DNA of 63,577 nt, filler included, from Actinomycetota bacterium (lineage in GTDB: Bacteria > Actinomycetota > CADDZG01 > JAHWKV01 > JAOPZY01), in assembly GCA_025963875.1 (NCBI GenBank). It is 7 parts of 7 records of this genome, joined end to end, with 100 filler letters (N's around TTAATTAATTAA, not from the genome) between each part and the next. Parts side by side here need not be neighbours in the genome. Positions count along the whole stretch, not along the records: positions 17,978 to 31,137 come from JAOPZY010000118.1; positions 31,238 to 53,090 come from JAOPZY010000151.1; 5 more parts are not named here. One strand, written 5' to 3'. A program made the position numbers and the translations under genes. The notes beneath the pieces are model-generated. The model did no database searches and had not been told where the DNA came from. It saw only the letters and a program-made list of their open reading frames with translations. Of the stretch, positions 29,048 to 38,587 are shown piece after piece. The first letter of the stretch is position 1; each line of letters begins with the position of its first letter.

Positions 29048-31137
29048 GTGGACAGGTTCGCGTTGGCCAGGTTGCTGAACGAGCACGCTGGCGATGGCCC
29101 CTGCGCGTGGGAGAACTTCAAGGCCCCGCGCGCCGCATGTCCATCGCTTCCACGCCTCCGGGAGGCGGCAACCAGCGGCGAATGGCTTCCCGAGGAGGAG
29201 TCTCATGTCGCGCGATGTAGCTTCTGTCAGAAAGACCTGCAGATATTCAGCACGGTTGCATCGACCGCGGCGTCAACGTCAAGCCGACGAGCGCAACAGG
29301 ACCGGTCGAGCGCAGCACCCCGCCCGACGGCGCTGACGCCAGAAGGAGGATCCGAGCTGAGCACGCGCATCGGGCAGGCGCGGCGCCTCCAGGAGACCGA
29401 CTTTGCCTTGCGGGACGTGGCCACGCAGCTCGCTGCTCTCGCCCGGGAAGCCAAGGGGGCCGGCGACGTCGCTGCCCAGGTCCGCGTGCTGGTGTATCAG
29501 GCCGACAACAAGCGGCATGCCTGCCAACCGGACGCAGCCAAGCGTCTAGCAACCAGGGCTCTTCGGCTCGCGAAATCGATCGCCGATGACGACTGGCAGA
29601 TACGTGCCCACCTGGAGCTAGCCAAGGTAGCCTTCGAGGGCGGCGAGGACCCCGGCCGCCACGTTGGACTGGCCCGCTCGCTGCTGTGCCGGGTATCCTC
29701 CGGCACCGCCGCCCGAGTAGCTTACTTTCAGGCGAAGGTTGCTCACCAGGCCGGCGACCTGGAGGGGGCCGTCCGGCAGCTGGGAACCGCCCTCGGTCTG
29801 TGCGGCCATGCAGACCCGTACCTCCAGTGCCGCCTGCTGGCTCGTCGCGGTTTCTGCCACCGCCTTGCCGGCCGGCTGGAGTTCGCCGAGACCGACCTCA
29901 GGGCTGGCCTGACGATCGCTCAACAGCAGGGATTTCGAAGGCTGCAGGCGTTCTGCCTTCTCGATCTGGGCAAGATCGCCAGCCTGAGATACTACGCTGA
30001 CGAGGAGCCCTTCTCCGAGTTTGCCACCGCTCAACTCGACCATGCCATGAGCCTGTTCGCCGATGCGGGTGACACGCTCGGAGAAGCCCACGCCTGCGGT
30101 GCGCTCGGAGCGCACCTGCGGCTCCAGGGCGATCTGGTGGAAGCCCGTCGGTTGCAGTGGCATGCGCTTGCTGTCTACGTGCAGCGGGGTCACCTGGCCG
30201 GCGAGGCGCTGACCCGTCGCCGCCTCGGTCAGTGCCTGCGAGACGACGAGTACCATGCCGAGGCACGGGAGCAGCTCCAGGCGGCCATCGAGATCTACCA
30301 GATGCTCGGCCACCGCGACGGCGAGGCCGTTGCCACTGGTTCCCTCGCAAAGCTCGAGCGGCAGACCAACACGCCGGAGGCGGCGCTCGGCCTGGCGAGA
30401 CGAGCGGTCTACCTTCTCAGGGACATGCGGGGACAGTTCCGTCAGGGGTCGGAGCGCACGGACTTCAGCCGCCTCCACTCCTGGGTCTACGCCGTCGCCA
30501 TCTTGTGTGCGGTCGAAAGCGGCGACCCCGATACCGTCGTGGAGGTCAATGCGATTCTCGAAGCGGATGCACAGGGAGGTCAGGCGCGGCGGGACTGGCT
30601 GGGTGGGTCGGAGAAGGAGAAGGGATCCCCTGTGCGTGAAGTCGTGCGCCGCATCATTGAACGGGAGCACGGCCTCCGCGTCTCGGCGGATGACCCGATT
30701 GCGTTCGACCGCACCTGGGCAGTTCGAAGAGCTGCCGGTCTCCAGGATGAACTCGAGACCCTGTACCAGGAGCTGCAAGAGCTGGAGAGCGGTGTCTTCG
30801 ATGCCCTGTGCCCGACCATCCGTCCGGCGGCTTCCCTCTCTGCCGATCCGGAGGAGCACCGACTTGTGACGCAACTGTGCGAACAGATAGTCCCGTGGGA
30901 GCGCACCCTCGTGCGCACGTGGCACAGGCCCGGGCATCCGCATGCCGCCGTTGACGAACGGCCGCTCTCCGTTGCCGATTGGGAGCGCGTACAGGATGTC
31001 ATGGAATCGTTCACGGATTCTCCGCCGAACGCGGCAATGACCGAGAACATGGCATGGCTGGGCGCGTTGATGATTCCGGGCGGTCTGCGGCAGCGGCTCT
31101 GTGCCGGGAAGATCCGGCGACTCTACATCGACGCCCG
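29048..31137 (+). CDS. Zinc anti-sigma (HxxxCxxC) plus TPR plus probable CHAT-domain protein, truncated
   Basis: C...SHVARCSFC near the N-terminus, repeated TPR-like helices (GDTLGEAHACGALG, GHLAGEA..RRLG, GHRDGEA), ending LGALMIP..LRQRL..RRLYID as at the start of CHAT domains. Confidence 0.7.
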
Positions 31138-31237
31138 NNNNNNNNNNNNNNNNNNNNNNNNNNNNNNNNNNNNNNNNNNNNTTAATTAATTAANNNNNNN
31201 NNNNNNNNNNNNNNNNNNNNNNNNNNNNNNNNNNNNN
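31138..31237. other. Artificial contig linker
   Basis: N44-TTAATTAATTAA-N44. Confidence 0.98.
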
Positions 31238-31412
31238 TCGTAAGGCCCAGCCACTCCGCCAGCTCGCCGGCCGCCGTTGCCTTCGGTGTTACGGCCCCCC
31301 GCTCCCACCACACGTACGTCTGGGGGCTCACGCCGAGCTTCCGGGCCACCGCGCGCTGGCTCAAGGCGGCCTCTTCCCGACGTTCCAAGAGCAATTCCGA
31401 TATGGCATTCAT
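31238..31412 (-). CDS. XRE/Cro-CI HTH regulator, truncated
   Basis: RREEAALSQRAVARKLGVSPQTYVWWERGAVTP. Confidence 0.8.
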
Positions 31413-31450
31413 GCCTAAGACCATAGCACTCATGCACTATGTCTAAGGCA
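31412..31450. promoter_or_regulatory. Imperfect inverted repeat over the XRE promoter and start
   Basis: TGCCTAAGACCATAG-N10-CTATGTCTAAGGCA; contains TGC-TATGGT extended -10 on the minus strand. Confidence 0.5.
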
Positions 31451-31629
31451 ATGATCAGACAAGGCGGACCACCAAGAAACCTCAGGGGCCCGCCCCCGCC
31501 CTCGCAACACACATCGTCCGATGCACCCCGGCTCTCGCTACCCTGGGTAGGCCATAGAATGCGAGCCTCTGGCCCCTTCCGCCGACCTCACGAAGCCTGA
31601 CGAAGCTGGACTACTTGATGGAGGCCCCC

Positions 31630-32925
31630 ATGACGGCAGGCAACGGGCAGGCGCCCACGGTCAACTTCACCGACGAGCGGCTCAGCAACGGGCTGCGCCT
31701 CATCATGTCCCGGGACCCGCTCGCCCCCGTGGTGGCGGTCAACATCTGGTACAACGTCGGCTCCCGCCACGAGGTCCCCGGCCAGACCGGCCTGGCCCAC
31801 CTCTTCGAGCACATGATGTTCCAGGGGTCCCGCAACGTCGGCAAGGCCGAGCACTTCCGGCTCATCTCCGGCGCCGGCGGCACGCTCAACGGGACGACCT
31901 GGGTCGACCGCACGAACTACTTCGAGACGGTCCCGAGCCACCATCTTGAGCTTGTCCTCTGGCTGGAGGCCGACCGCATGGGAACCCTCCTCGACGCTCT
32001 GGGCCAGGAGACGCTCGACAACCAGCGCGACGTCGTCAAGAACGAGAAGCGCCAGAGCTACGACAACCGGCCCTACGGCAGCTCGTCGGAAAAGCTGCAG
32101 GCGGCCGTGTTCCCCGAGGGCCACCCCTACCACCACTCCACCATCGGCTCGATGAAGGACCTCGACGCAGCCTCGCTCGAGGACGTGCGGGCGTTCTTCC
32201 GCACCTACTACGCCCCCAACAACGCGGTCCTGTCGATCGTCGGCGACTTCGAGCCCGACGTCGCCCGGGCCTGGGTCGAGAAGCACTTCGGCCCGATCCC
32301 CGCCAATCCCAACACCCCGGCGCCGCCGGACGGGGCACTGCCGCCGCACATCGGGGCCGAGGTCCGCCAGGTCGTCCCCGACCGGGTCCCGATGTCGCGC
32401 CTGTACTTCGGCTACCGGGCCCCGCCGCTCGGGACGCCCGAGTTCGACGCCCTCAGCATGGCCACCATCGTCCTGGCCCAGGGCAAGGGCAGCCGCCTCT
32501 ACAACCGCCTCGTCCGGGGCAAGGAGCTGGCCCAGGACGTGGGCCTCGGTGCCTATGAATGGATCGGCGGCGCAGCGCTCGCCATGGGATGGTCCACCGC
32601 CCGCAACGAGGGCGAACTGGAGGCCCTGGAGGAGGCGTACCACGAGGGCGTCGCCAGTCTCGCCAGGGAACCGCCCACGGAGGAGGAGATGACCCGTGCC
32701 AGGGCCACCGTCGAGCGGGACGAGCTCGAATCCCTCCAGCGGGTGGCCGAGCGGGCCGACCGCCTGTCCATGTACGCCACCCTCTTCGACCGGCCCCGCA
32801 TGATGAACGACCGCCTGCCCAGCCTGCTCGCCGTCACCCCGGAGGAGATCCGCGAGGCCACCGAGGCGATCCTCGTCCCCGAGAACCGGGTCGTGCTGAG
32901 CTACGTCCCCGAGGGGTCGGCATGA
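31630..32925 (+). CDS. M16B metallopeptidase, catalytic subunit
   Basis: GLAHLFEHMMF (HxxEH), NGTT..DRTNY, YYAPNNA. Confidence 0.93.
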   Translation: MTAGNGQAPTVNFTDERLSNGLRLIMSRDPLAPVVAVNIWYNVGSRHEVPGQTGLAHLFEHMMFQGSRNVGKAEHFRLISGAGGTLNGTTWVDRTNYFETVPSHHLELVLWLEADRMGTLLDALGQETLDNQRDVVKNEKRQSYDNRPYGSSSEKLQAAVFPEGHPYHHSTIGSMKDLDAASLEDVRAFFRTYYAPNNAVLSIVGDFEPDVARAWVEKHFGPIPANPNTPAPPDGALPPHIGAEVRQVVPDRVPMSRLYFGYRAPPLGTPEFDALSMATIVLAQGKGSRLYNRLVRGKELAQDVGLGAYEWIGGAALAMGWSTARNEGELEALEEAYHEGVASLAREPPTEEEMTRARATVERDELESLQRVAERADRLSMYATLFDRPRMMNDRLPSLLAVTPEEIREATEAILVPENRVVLSYVPEGSA

Positions 32926-34313
32926 GCGCCCACGTCTCGAGCGCACATGCCTCGATCCGGCCTGGCCCCGGCACCCCGAGGCCTTACACCTTTCCCGGTT
33001 TCTCCCGCACCCGGCTCGACTCCGGGCTCCAGGTCATCGCCTGCCACCTGCCCGGGCGCCAGGTGGGCTCGGCCCGGCTGATCATGGAGGGCGGCATCGC
33101 CCGGGAGCCTGCCGAGCTGGCCGGGGTGGCAACCCTCGCCGCTCGCAGCATGACCGAGGGCACGGAATCCCTCGACGCCGCAGCCTTTGCCGACGCCGCA
33201 GAGCGCCTGGGGGCCGACATCAGCGTCGACGCCGGATGGGACTCGCTCCAGGGCAGCGTCGTCGTGCCGGTCAGCCGCCTCGAGCCCGCCCTGGGCCTGC
33301 TGGCCGACGCCGTGCTGCACCCGACGTTCCTGGCGGAGGAGGTGACCCGCCTGCGGGCGGAGCGCCTGAACGACATCAAGCAGGAGTACGCCGACCCCAA
33401 CCAGCGGGCACAGATCACCTTCCTGCCGACGATCTACACGCCCGACTCACCCTACGGCCGGCCCTCCGGCGGCTCGGCCGCCACGGTGGGACGCCTCGAC
33501 CGCGATGCCATCGAGGCGCATTACCGCCGCTACGCCGGGCCGCAGGACGCCACGCTCGTCGTCGCCGGCGACCTGGGCGGCGTGGACGTCCCGGCAATCG
33601 CGGCGCACCTCTTCGGCACCTGGCAGGGCGCCGCCCCCGCCCCCGGGACGCCGCCGGTCGCGGAGGCCCTGGAATCCACCTCGGTGACCCTCGTCGCCCG
33701 CCCCGGCGCCGTCCAGTCGTCGATCGTCGTCGGCCACGTCGGCGTGGCACGCCTCGTCCCGGACTTCCTGCCGATCACGCTCATGGTCTCGATCCTCGGC
33801 GGGCTGTTCACCTCCCGCCTGAACCTGAAGCTCCGGGAGGAGAAGGGCTACACCTACGGCGCCCGGGCCTACTTCGACTTCCGCCGCCAGGCCGGACCGT
33901 TCGGGGCGGGGACGGCCGTGGCGACCGGCGTCACCGTCGAGGCCATCGACGACGTCCTCACGGAGATCCGCCGCCTCCACGACGAGGGCGTGACGCCCGA
34001 CGAGCTCGCCCTCGCCCAGGACTATCTCGTCGGCATCTTCCCGCTCGCCTTCGAGACGCCGGAGGCCATCTCGCAGGCGATTGCCCGGATGGTGGTCTAC
34101 GGCCTGCCCGAGGACTACTTCCAGACCTACCGTCCCGCCATGCAGGCGGTCACGGTCGAGGAAGCCAACCGGGCCGCCGCCGACCACCTGCGTCCCGACC
34201 GCATCGCCATCGTCACCGTCGGGGACCCCGCCCTGGAGGCGCCGCTGAAGGAGGCCGGATTCGGCCCCCTCACCGTGGTTGGCGACACCGCCCCCGACGA
34301 GGAGGAGGGCTGA
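32922..34313 (+). CDS. M16B peptidase, non-catalytic partner subunit
   Basis: No HxxEH; SRLNLKLREEKGYTYG (R/Y pair); ATGA-coupled. Confidence 0.9.
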   Translation: MSAHVSSAHASIRPGPGTPRPYTFPGFSRTRLDSGLQVIACHLPGRQVGSARLIMEGGIAREPAELAGVATLAARSMTEGTESLDAAAFADAAERLGADISVDAGWDSLQGSVVVPVSRLEPALGLLADAVLHPTFLAEEVTRLRAERLNDIKQEYADPNQRAQITFLPTIYTPDSPYGRPSGGSAATVGRLDRDAIEAHYRRYAGPQDATLVVAGDLGGVDVPAIAAHLFGTWQGAAPAPGTPPVAEALESTSVTLVARPGAVQSSIVVGHVGVARLVPDFLPITLMVSILGGLFTSRLNLKLREEKGYTYGARAYFDFRRQAGPFGAGTAVATGVTVEAIDDVLTEIRRLHDEGVTPDELALAQDYLVGIFPLAFETPEAISQAIARMVVYGLPEDYFQTYRPAMQAVTVEEANRAAADHLRPDRIAIVTVGDPALEAPLKEAGFGPLTVVGDTAPDEEEG

Positions 34314-34359
34314 GGATAGGAGCGGATCGCGCACAGGCGCGCGAAATGCGACCAACCTC
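34312..34359 (+). repeat. Family A repeat, diverged copy
   Basis: GAGGATAGGAGCGGATCGCGCACAGGCGCGCGAAATGCGACCAACCTC between convergent genes. Confidence 0.7.
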
Positions 34360-34391
34360 GGAGCAACCCAGCAACACCAACCCCAACGCCA

Positions 34392-35048
34392 CTACAGCGA
34401 CAGGCGGTACCCCACGTTGCGGACGGTCTCGATGACGTGGGCCTCCGGCCCCAGTTTCGCCCGCAGCCGCCGGATGTGCACGTCCACGGTCCTCGTGCCG
34501 CCGAAGAAGTCGTAGCCCCAGACCTCCCGCAGCAGCGCGCTGCGCGAGCACACCCGCCGGGGCCGGGCCGCCAGGTACGCCAGGAGCTCGAACTCCTTGA
34601 ACGTCAGGTCGAGGCGATCGCCCCGGACCCGCACCTCGAAACGCTCCCGGTCGATGGAGATCGGCCCCCGCCGGATGAGGTCGGCGGGATCGGTCTCCGT
34701 CGGCGAAGCCAGCTGGTTGATCCTCGCCATCAGCTCCTCGGTCGAGCACCCCTCAACGACGAAGTCCGCAGCCCCGGAGGCCCAATCGAACGTGACGAGG
34801 TCCCCCGGCAGCAGGACCGCCAGGAAGGCTGCCTCGGTGTCGTTGCGCAGCTTCTGGATCGCGGCCGCCGCGTCCTCGGGCTGCCCCCGGGCGTCGACGA
34901 GGATGACGTTCGGGAGCCGCCGGGCGATCGCCTCGGGGCTCGCCGCGCTGAACGCCATGGGTTCGGGAGCGGGGCGGATTCCCGCGAGGGGAGTGAACGA
35001 CTCCTCGGGGTCGTCGCGGTTCGCGGCCAACCACACCAAGCGGACCAT
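34392..35048 (-). CDS. GlnR-like OmpR-family orphan response regulator
   Basis: VILVDAR atypical receiver, LTFKEFELL, EVWGYDFFGGTRTVDVHIRRLRAKLG. Confidence 0.75.
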   Translation of the reverse strand: MVRLVWLAANRDDPEESFTPLAGIRPAPEPMAFSAASPEAIARRLPNVILVDARGQPEDAAAAIQKLRNDTEAAFLAVLLPGDLVTFDWASGAADFVVEGCSTEELMARINQLASPTETDPADLIRRGPISIDRERFEVRVRGDRLDLTFKEFELLAYLAARPRRVCSRSALLREVWGYDFFGGTRTVDVHIRRLRAKLGPEAHVIETVRNVGYRLSL

Positions 35049-35232
35049 GTCGATCTAGTGTTGCATCCCAGGCCAGAGGGCGCGCGGTAGGCGAGTGGTC
35101 ACCACGCGCAGTGGCGGATCCGTCCGAAGTGACGGGCGGAATGACTTCGCTCGCGCCGGGACGAATGCCCCGAAGCGTGCCGCCAGGCGGGCGCGTGTGG
35201 GTTTCCTGTGTTCCGGGCATAGGATCCCCACC

Positions 35233-36153
35233 ATGCAGGAAGCCGTCCTCATCACCAACCCGGCCGCCGAGGCCACCTCCCAGCACGTCAAGGAGGTGAT
35301 CGTCAAGGCGCTGTCCTCCGACCTTCGCCTGGAGGTCGTCGACACGGCCGCCCCGGGGCATGCCACCGCGGTGGCCTCCGAAGCCGTCCGCAGCGGCTAC
35401 GGACTCGTCGTGGCCTTCGGTGGCGACGGCACCCTGAACGAGGTGGCCAACGGGATGGTCGGCAGCGACACCCCTCTGGCGATCCTGCCCGGCGGCAACG
35501 CCAACGTCGTGTGCCGCAACCTCGGCCTCCCCGCCGACATCGTCGGCGCCACCGGGCGCCTCCTCAACGGCCTGCGCGAGCACACCACCCGCCGCATCAG
35601 CGTCGGCAGGACCGGCGGACGCTGCTTCCTCGTCTCCTGCGGCCTCGGGCTCCGCCCACGCAACGAGCACCATCCCGAGGTCGAGCGCCGCAGCGGCCCC
35701 CGGTTCCCCGGTCGCCACCTGCTGGAGGCCGCCTTCCGCGCCGCGGTGCGCGACCACCGGGGCCGGAACGGCGCCGGTAGCCCGCGGATCCAGCTCTCGG
35801 CCGGCGACGTTGCCGAGGGCGTCGTCGTTGCGCTCATCACCAACATGTCCCAGCTCAGCTACGTCGGTGACCACCCCGTCACCCTCGCCCCGGAGGCCCG
35901 GCTCGAGGAGGGCCTCGACGTCGTCGCCATGCGCACCTTCCCGCTCTCCTACGTCCCCCGGCTCGCCTGGTCCGCCCTCTCGGGCGGCGGCCACGTGCAC
36001 TTCAAGCAGGTCCTGTACCTGCACGACCTGGGCGGGGTGAAGGCCACGTCGTCCGGCGCTCCCTTCTCGGTCCACGTCGACGGCGAGTTTGTCGACGATC
36101 GCACCGAGGTGGAGGTCGAGCTCATCCGCGACGGACTTGCCGTCCTCGTCTGA
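35233..36153 (+). CDS. Diacylglycerol kinase family (YegS/DgkB-like) protein
   Basis: ITNPAA, GGDGTLNEVANG, LPGGNAN, HVDGE. Confidence 0.85.
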   Translation: MQEAVLITNPAAEATSQHVKEVIVKALSSDLRLEVVDTAAPGHATAVASEAVRSGYGLVVAFGGDGTLNEVANGMVGSDTPLAILPGGNANVVCRNLGLPADIVGATGRLLNGLREHTTRRISVGRTGGRCFLVSCGLGLRPRNEHHPEVERRSGPRFPGRHLLEAAFRAAVRDHRGRNGAGSPRIQLSAGDVAEGVVVALITNMSQLSYVGDHPVTLAPEARLEEGLDVVAMRTFPLSYVPRLAWSALSGGGHVHFKQVLYLHDLGGVKATSSGAPFSVHVDGEFVDDRTEVEVELIRDGLAVLV

Positions 36154-36166
36154 GGGCGGGCGCGAG

Positions 36167-37009
36167 ATGCGGCCGGACTTGCCAATGGGCAACCCAACGG
36201 GCAGCGCTTCCCCGGGGCTCGGGTCACGGGTGGTGGCCGGCGCCGGCCTCACCTTCGCCGCACTCGCCGCCTCGCAGGTGAGCGCCGGCCTGCTGCTGGT
36301 CGTCGTCGCCCTGGCGGCTGCGGTGGGGGCTGCGGTGCTTGCCCGGGACCTCGAGGCCGCCGGCCTCAACGCCCCGCCGCTGCTCTACGCGGCGGGCGCC
36401 GTGCTCCTGCCGGTGGCCGTCTTCCGTTTCCGGGAGCCCGGGCTGGCGGAAGCCGTCGCTGCCCTGATCTTCGTGGCTGCCGCCCGTTGGGTTCTCGGCC
36501 GGCCCGGCCGGGCAGCCGTCGAGTCCATCGCCGCCTTCCTCCTCACCGCGCTCTACTTGGGCTTCTGCTCCGCCTACCTGATCCTGCTCCGCCTCGGGGG
36601 CGGCGCCCGCCTGATCCTGGGTCTCGTGATCGTGGTCGCCGCTTTTCACGCCGCGAGGTGGGTGGGGGACACCTACCTACGGGGCCCGGCCCTCGCCCCG
36701 CACCTCTGCCCGATCCCCACGATGTCCGGCGCCGTGGCGGGCCTGGGGGGAGCCCTGATCGGCGTCGCCGCCCTCCTGTCGCTGATGGACCTGCCCGTCA
36801 GGCCGCGCCTCGTCATCGAGATCGGTCTTGCCGTCGGCAGCGCCCTCACCCTCGGGATGCTCGCCTGGGCGCTCATCCGCCCCGAACACGAGCCCCGTCA
36901 GGCCGACGAAGACCGCTCGCCGTTCCCCGGCGGGGTCCTCAATGCCCTGCAGGCGGGCCTGCTGTCGGCTCCGGCACTGTTCTACGCGCTGCGGCTGGCC
37001 CTCCGCTGA
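36167..37009 (+). CDS. Divergent CdsA-like (phosphatidate cytidylyltransferase fold) membrane protein
   Basis: TM layout and LAPHLCPIPTMSG / PGGVLN align loosely to CdsA LAPxISPKKTxEG / PGHGGxLDR, with the key residues missing. Confidence 0.5.
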   Translation: MRPDLPMGNPTGSASPGLGSRVVAGAGLTFAALAASQVSAGLLLVVVALAAAVGAAVLARDLEAAGLNAPPLLYAAGAVLLPVAVFRFREPGLAEAVAALIFVAAARWVLGRPGRAAVESIAAFLLTALYLGFCSAYLILLRLGGGARLILGLVIVVAAFHAARWVGDTYLRGPALAPHLCPIPTMSGAVAGLGGALIGVAALLSLMDLPVRPRLVIEIGLAVGSALTLGMLAWALIRPEHEPRQADEDRSPFPGGVLNALQAGLLSAPALFYALRLALR

Positions 37010-37358
37010 CGCTGAAGAGCGCGGAGCGCAGCGCCGCCAGCGGGGCGGCGGCACAGCTCTCCCGCCTCGGGGGGATCCCCCCCAGCACGGCGATCACCTC
37101 GTCGACGTGCAGGAACTTCGCTGCGGTCACCGTCTGGCCGGTGGCGAGGTCGCACAGGGCGTCGGAGGCGGCGATGGCGACCGCGCAGCCGAGCGTGCGG
37201 AACCTCGCCACGCTGATCAGCCCGTCGGTCACCTGGATGTCGATCTGGACCACGTCGCCGCACGTGGGGTTTCCCTCCGTGGCGGAGGCCGATGGCGCTG
37301 CGACATTCCCGACCCAGCGGGGGTGGTAGAACCGGTCGAGAAGCTGTGCGCTGTACAC
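36939..37358 (-). CDS. IscU/NifU-N Fe-S scaffold
   Basis: GNPTCGD, FRTLGCAVAIA, third Cys in PPRRESC. Confidence 0.85.
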   Translation of the reverse strand: MYSAQLLDRFYHPRWVGNVAAPSASATEGNPTCGDVVQIDIQVTDGLISVARFRTLGCAVAIAASDALCDLATGQTVTAAKFLHVDEVIAVLGGIPPRRESCAAAPLAALRSALFSVSGGPAAARRTVPEPTAGPPAGH

Positions 37359-37429
37359 GGACTTCCAGCGTAGCCGTTTCCCCGCGAACTCCGGGCCGAG
37401 CCGGGGGCACCCTCTGCTACCCTGGGAGC

Positions 37430-38575
37430 ATGCCCACCATCGAAGAGATCCGCTCCGTCCTCGCCGAGATCAACGATCCGGAGATCCACCGGAGCATCGT
37501 CGAGCTCAACATGGTCCGCGGCATCGACCTGCAGGGTTCCCGCGTCACGGTCGATCTGGCCCTCACGATCCCCGGCTGCCCCCTCAAGTCGTTCTTCCAG
37601 GAGGTCCTGCCGGCCAAGCTGAAGGACCGCTTCCCCGAGATCACCGAAGTGCAGATCAACCTCGGCGCGATGACCGAGGAGGAGCGCAAGTCCCTCGTCG
37701 GGGGCCTGCGGCAGAACAACGACATCGCACCGATCGCCGGGCCGGACTCCTCCACGACGGTCGTCGCCATCGGCAGCGGCAAGGGGGGCGTCGGCAAGTC
37801 GACGACCACCGTCAACCTCGCCGCGATGCTCGCCAAGCGGGGCCACACCGTGGGCCTCCTCGACGCCGATGTCTGGGGCTTCTCGATCCCCCGCATGCTG
37901 GGGGTGCGGGAGAACCCGACCGTGGTCGACGAGCGGCTCATCATCCCGCCCGAGGCCCACGGCTTCAAGATGATCTCGATCGGCAACTTCGTCCCCGAAG
38001 ACAACCCTGTCGTCTGGCGGGGGCCGATGCTCCACAAGGCCCTCCAGCAGTTCCTCTCCGACGTGCACTGGGAGGAGCCGGAGTACCTGCTCATCGACAT
38101 GCCCCCCGGTACCGGCGACATCTCGATCTCCCTGGCGCAGTTCGCCCCTGGCACCCGCATGATCCTCGTGACGACGCCCCAGATGGCAGCGGAGCGGGTG
38201 GCGGAGCGGGCGGGCCACATGGCGAACAAGGTCGGCATGAAGGTCGGCGGCGTGATCGAGAACATGGCCTACGCCGTCTGCGACCACTGCGGCGAGCGCA
38301 CCTATCCCTTCGGCTCCGGCGGCGGCCGGGAGCTTGCCGACCGTTTCGGCGCCCCGTTGCTCGGTCAGGTCCCCCTCGACCCGCCGATGCGCGACTTCGC
38401 CGACAACGGCCAGCCGGCGGTCGTCGCCCTGCCCGATTCGCGCTCCGCGCAGGCATTCGGCGCCATCGTCGACGAGTTCGAGCTCTACTTCCCGCCGAAG
38501 CCCAAGCGCAAGCCCTCGCAGCGCAAGTCCCTGCCGCTCATCGTCACCCCGGCGGCCGGTGGCCACCGCCACTAG
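37430..38575 (+). CDS. mrp: Mrp/ApbC (NBP35) Fe-S carrier ATPase with N-terminal DUF59
   Basis: DPEIHRSIVEL, LTIPGCP, GKGGVGKST, DMPPGTGD, ENM..CDHC. Confidence 0.92.
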   Translation: MPTIEEIRSVLAEINDPEIHRSIVELNMVRGIDLQGSRVTVDLALTIPGCPLKSFFQEVLPAKLKDRFPEITEVQINLGAMTEEERKSLVGGLRQNNDIAPIAGPDSSTTVVAIGSGKGGVGKSTTTVNLAAMLAKRGHTVGLLDADVWGFSIPRMLGVRENPTVVDERLIIPPEAHGFKMISIGNFVPEDNPVVWRGPMLHKALQQFLSDVHWEEPEYLLIDMPPGTGDISISLAQFAPGTRMILVTTPQMAAERVAERAGHMANKVGMKVGGVIENMAYAVCDHCGERTYPFGSGGGRELADRFGAPLLGQVPLDPPMRDFADNGQPAVVALPDSRSAQAFGAIVDEFELYFPPKPKRKPSQRKSLPLIVTPAAGGHRH

Positions 38576-38587
38576 GAGCACTCGCTC

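Noticed and set aside
29048..31450. TPR-CHAT gene and XRE regulator as one island
   Set aside because: They are separated by a linker, so the adjacency is not evidence
38573..38575. Pyrrolysine-type TAG read-through fusing Mrp and PduO
   Set aside because: No pyl genes seen; a CTG with an SD at workable spacing explains it more simply
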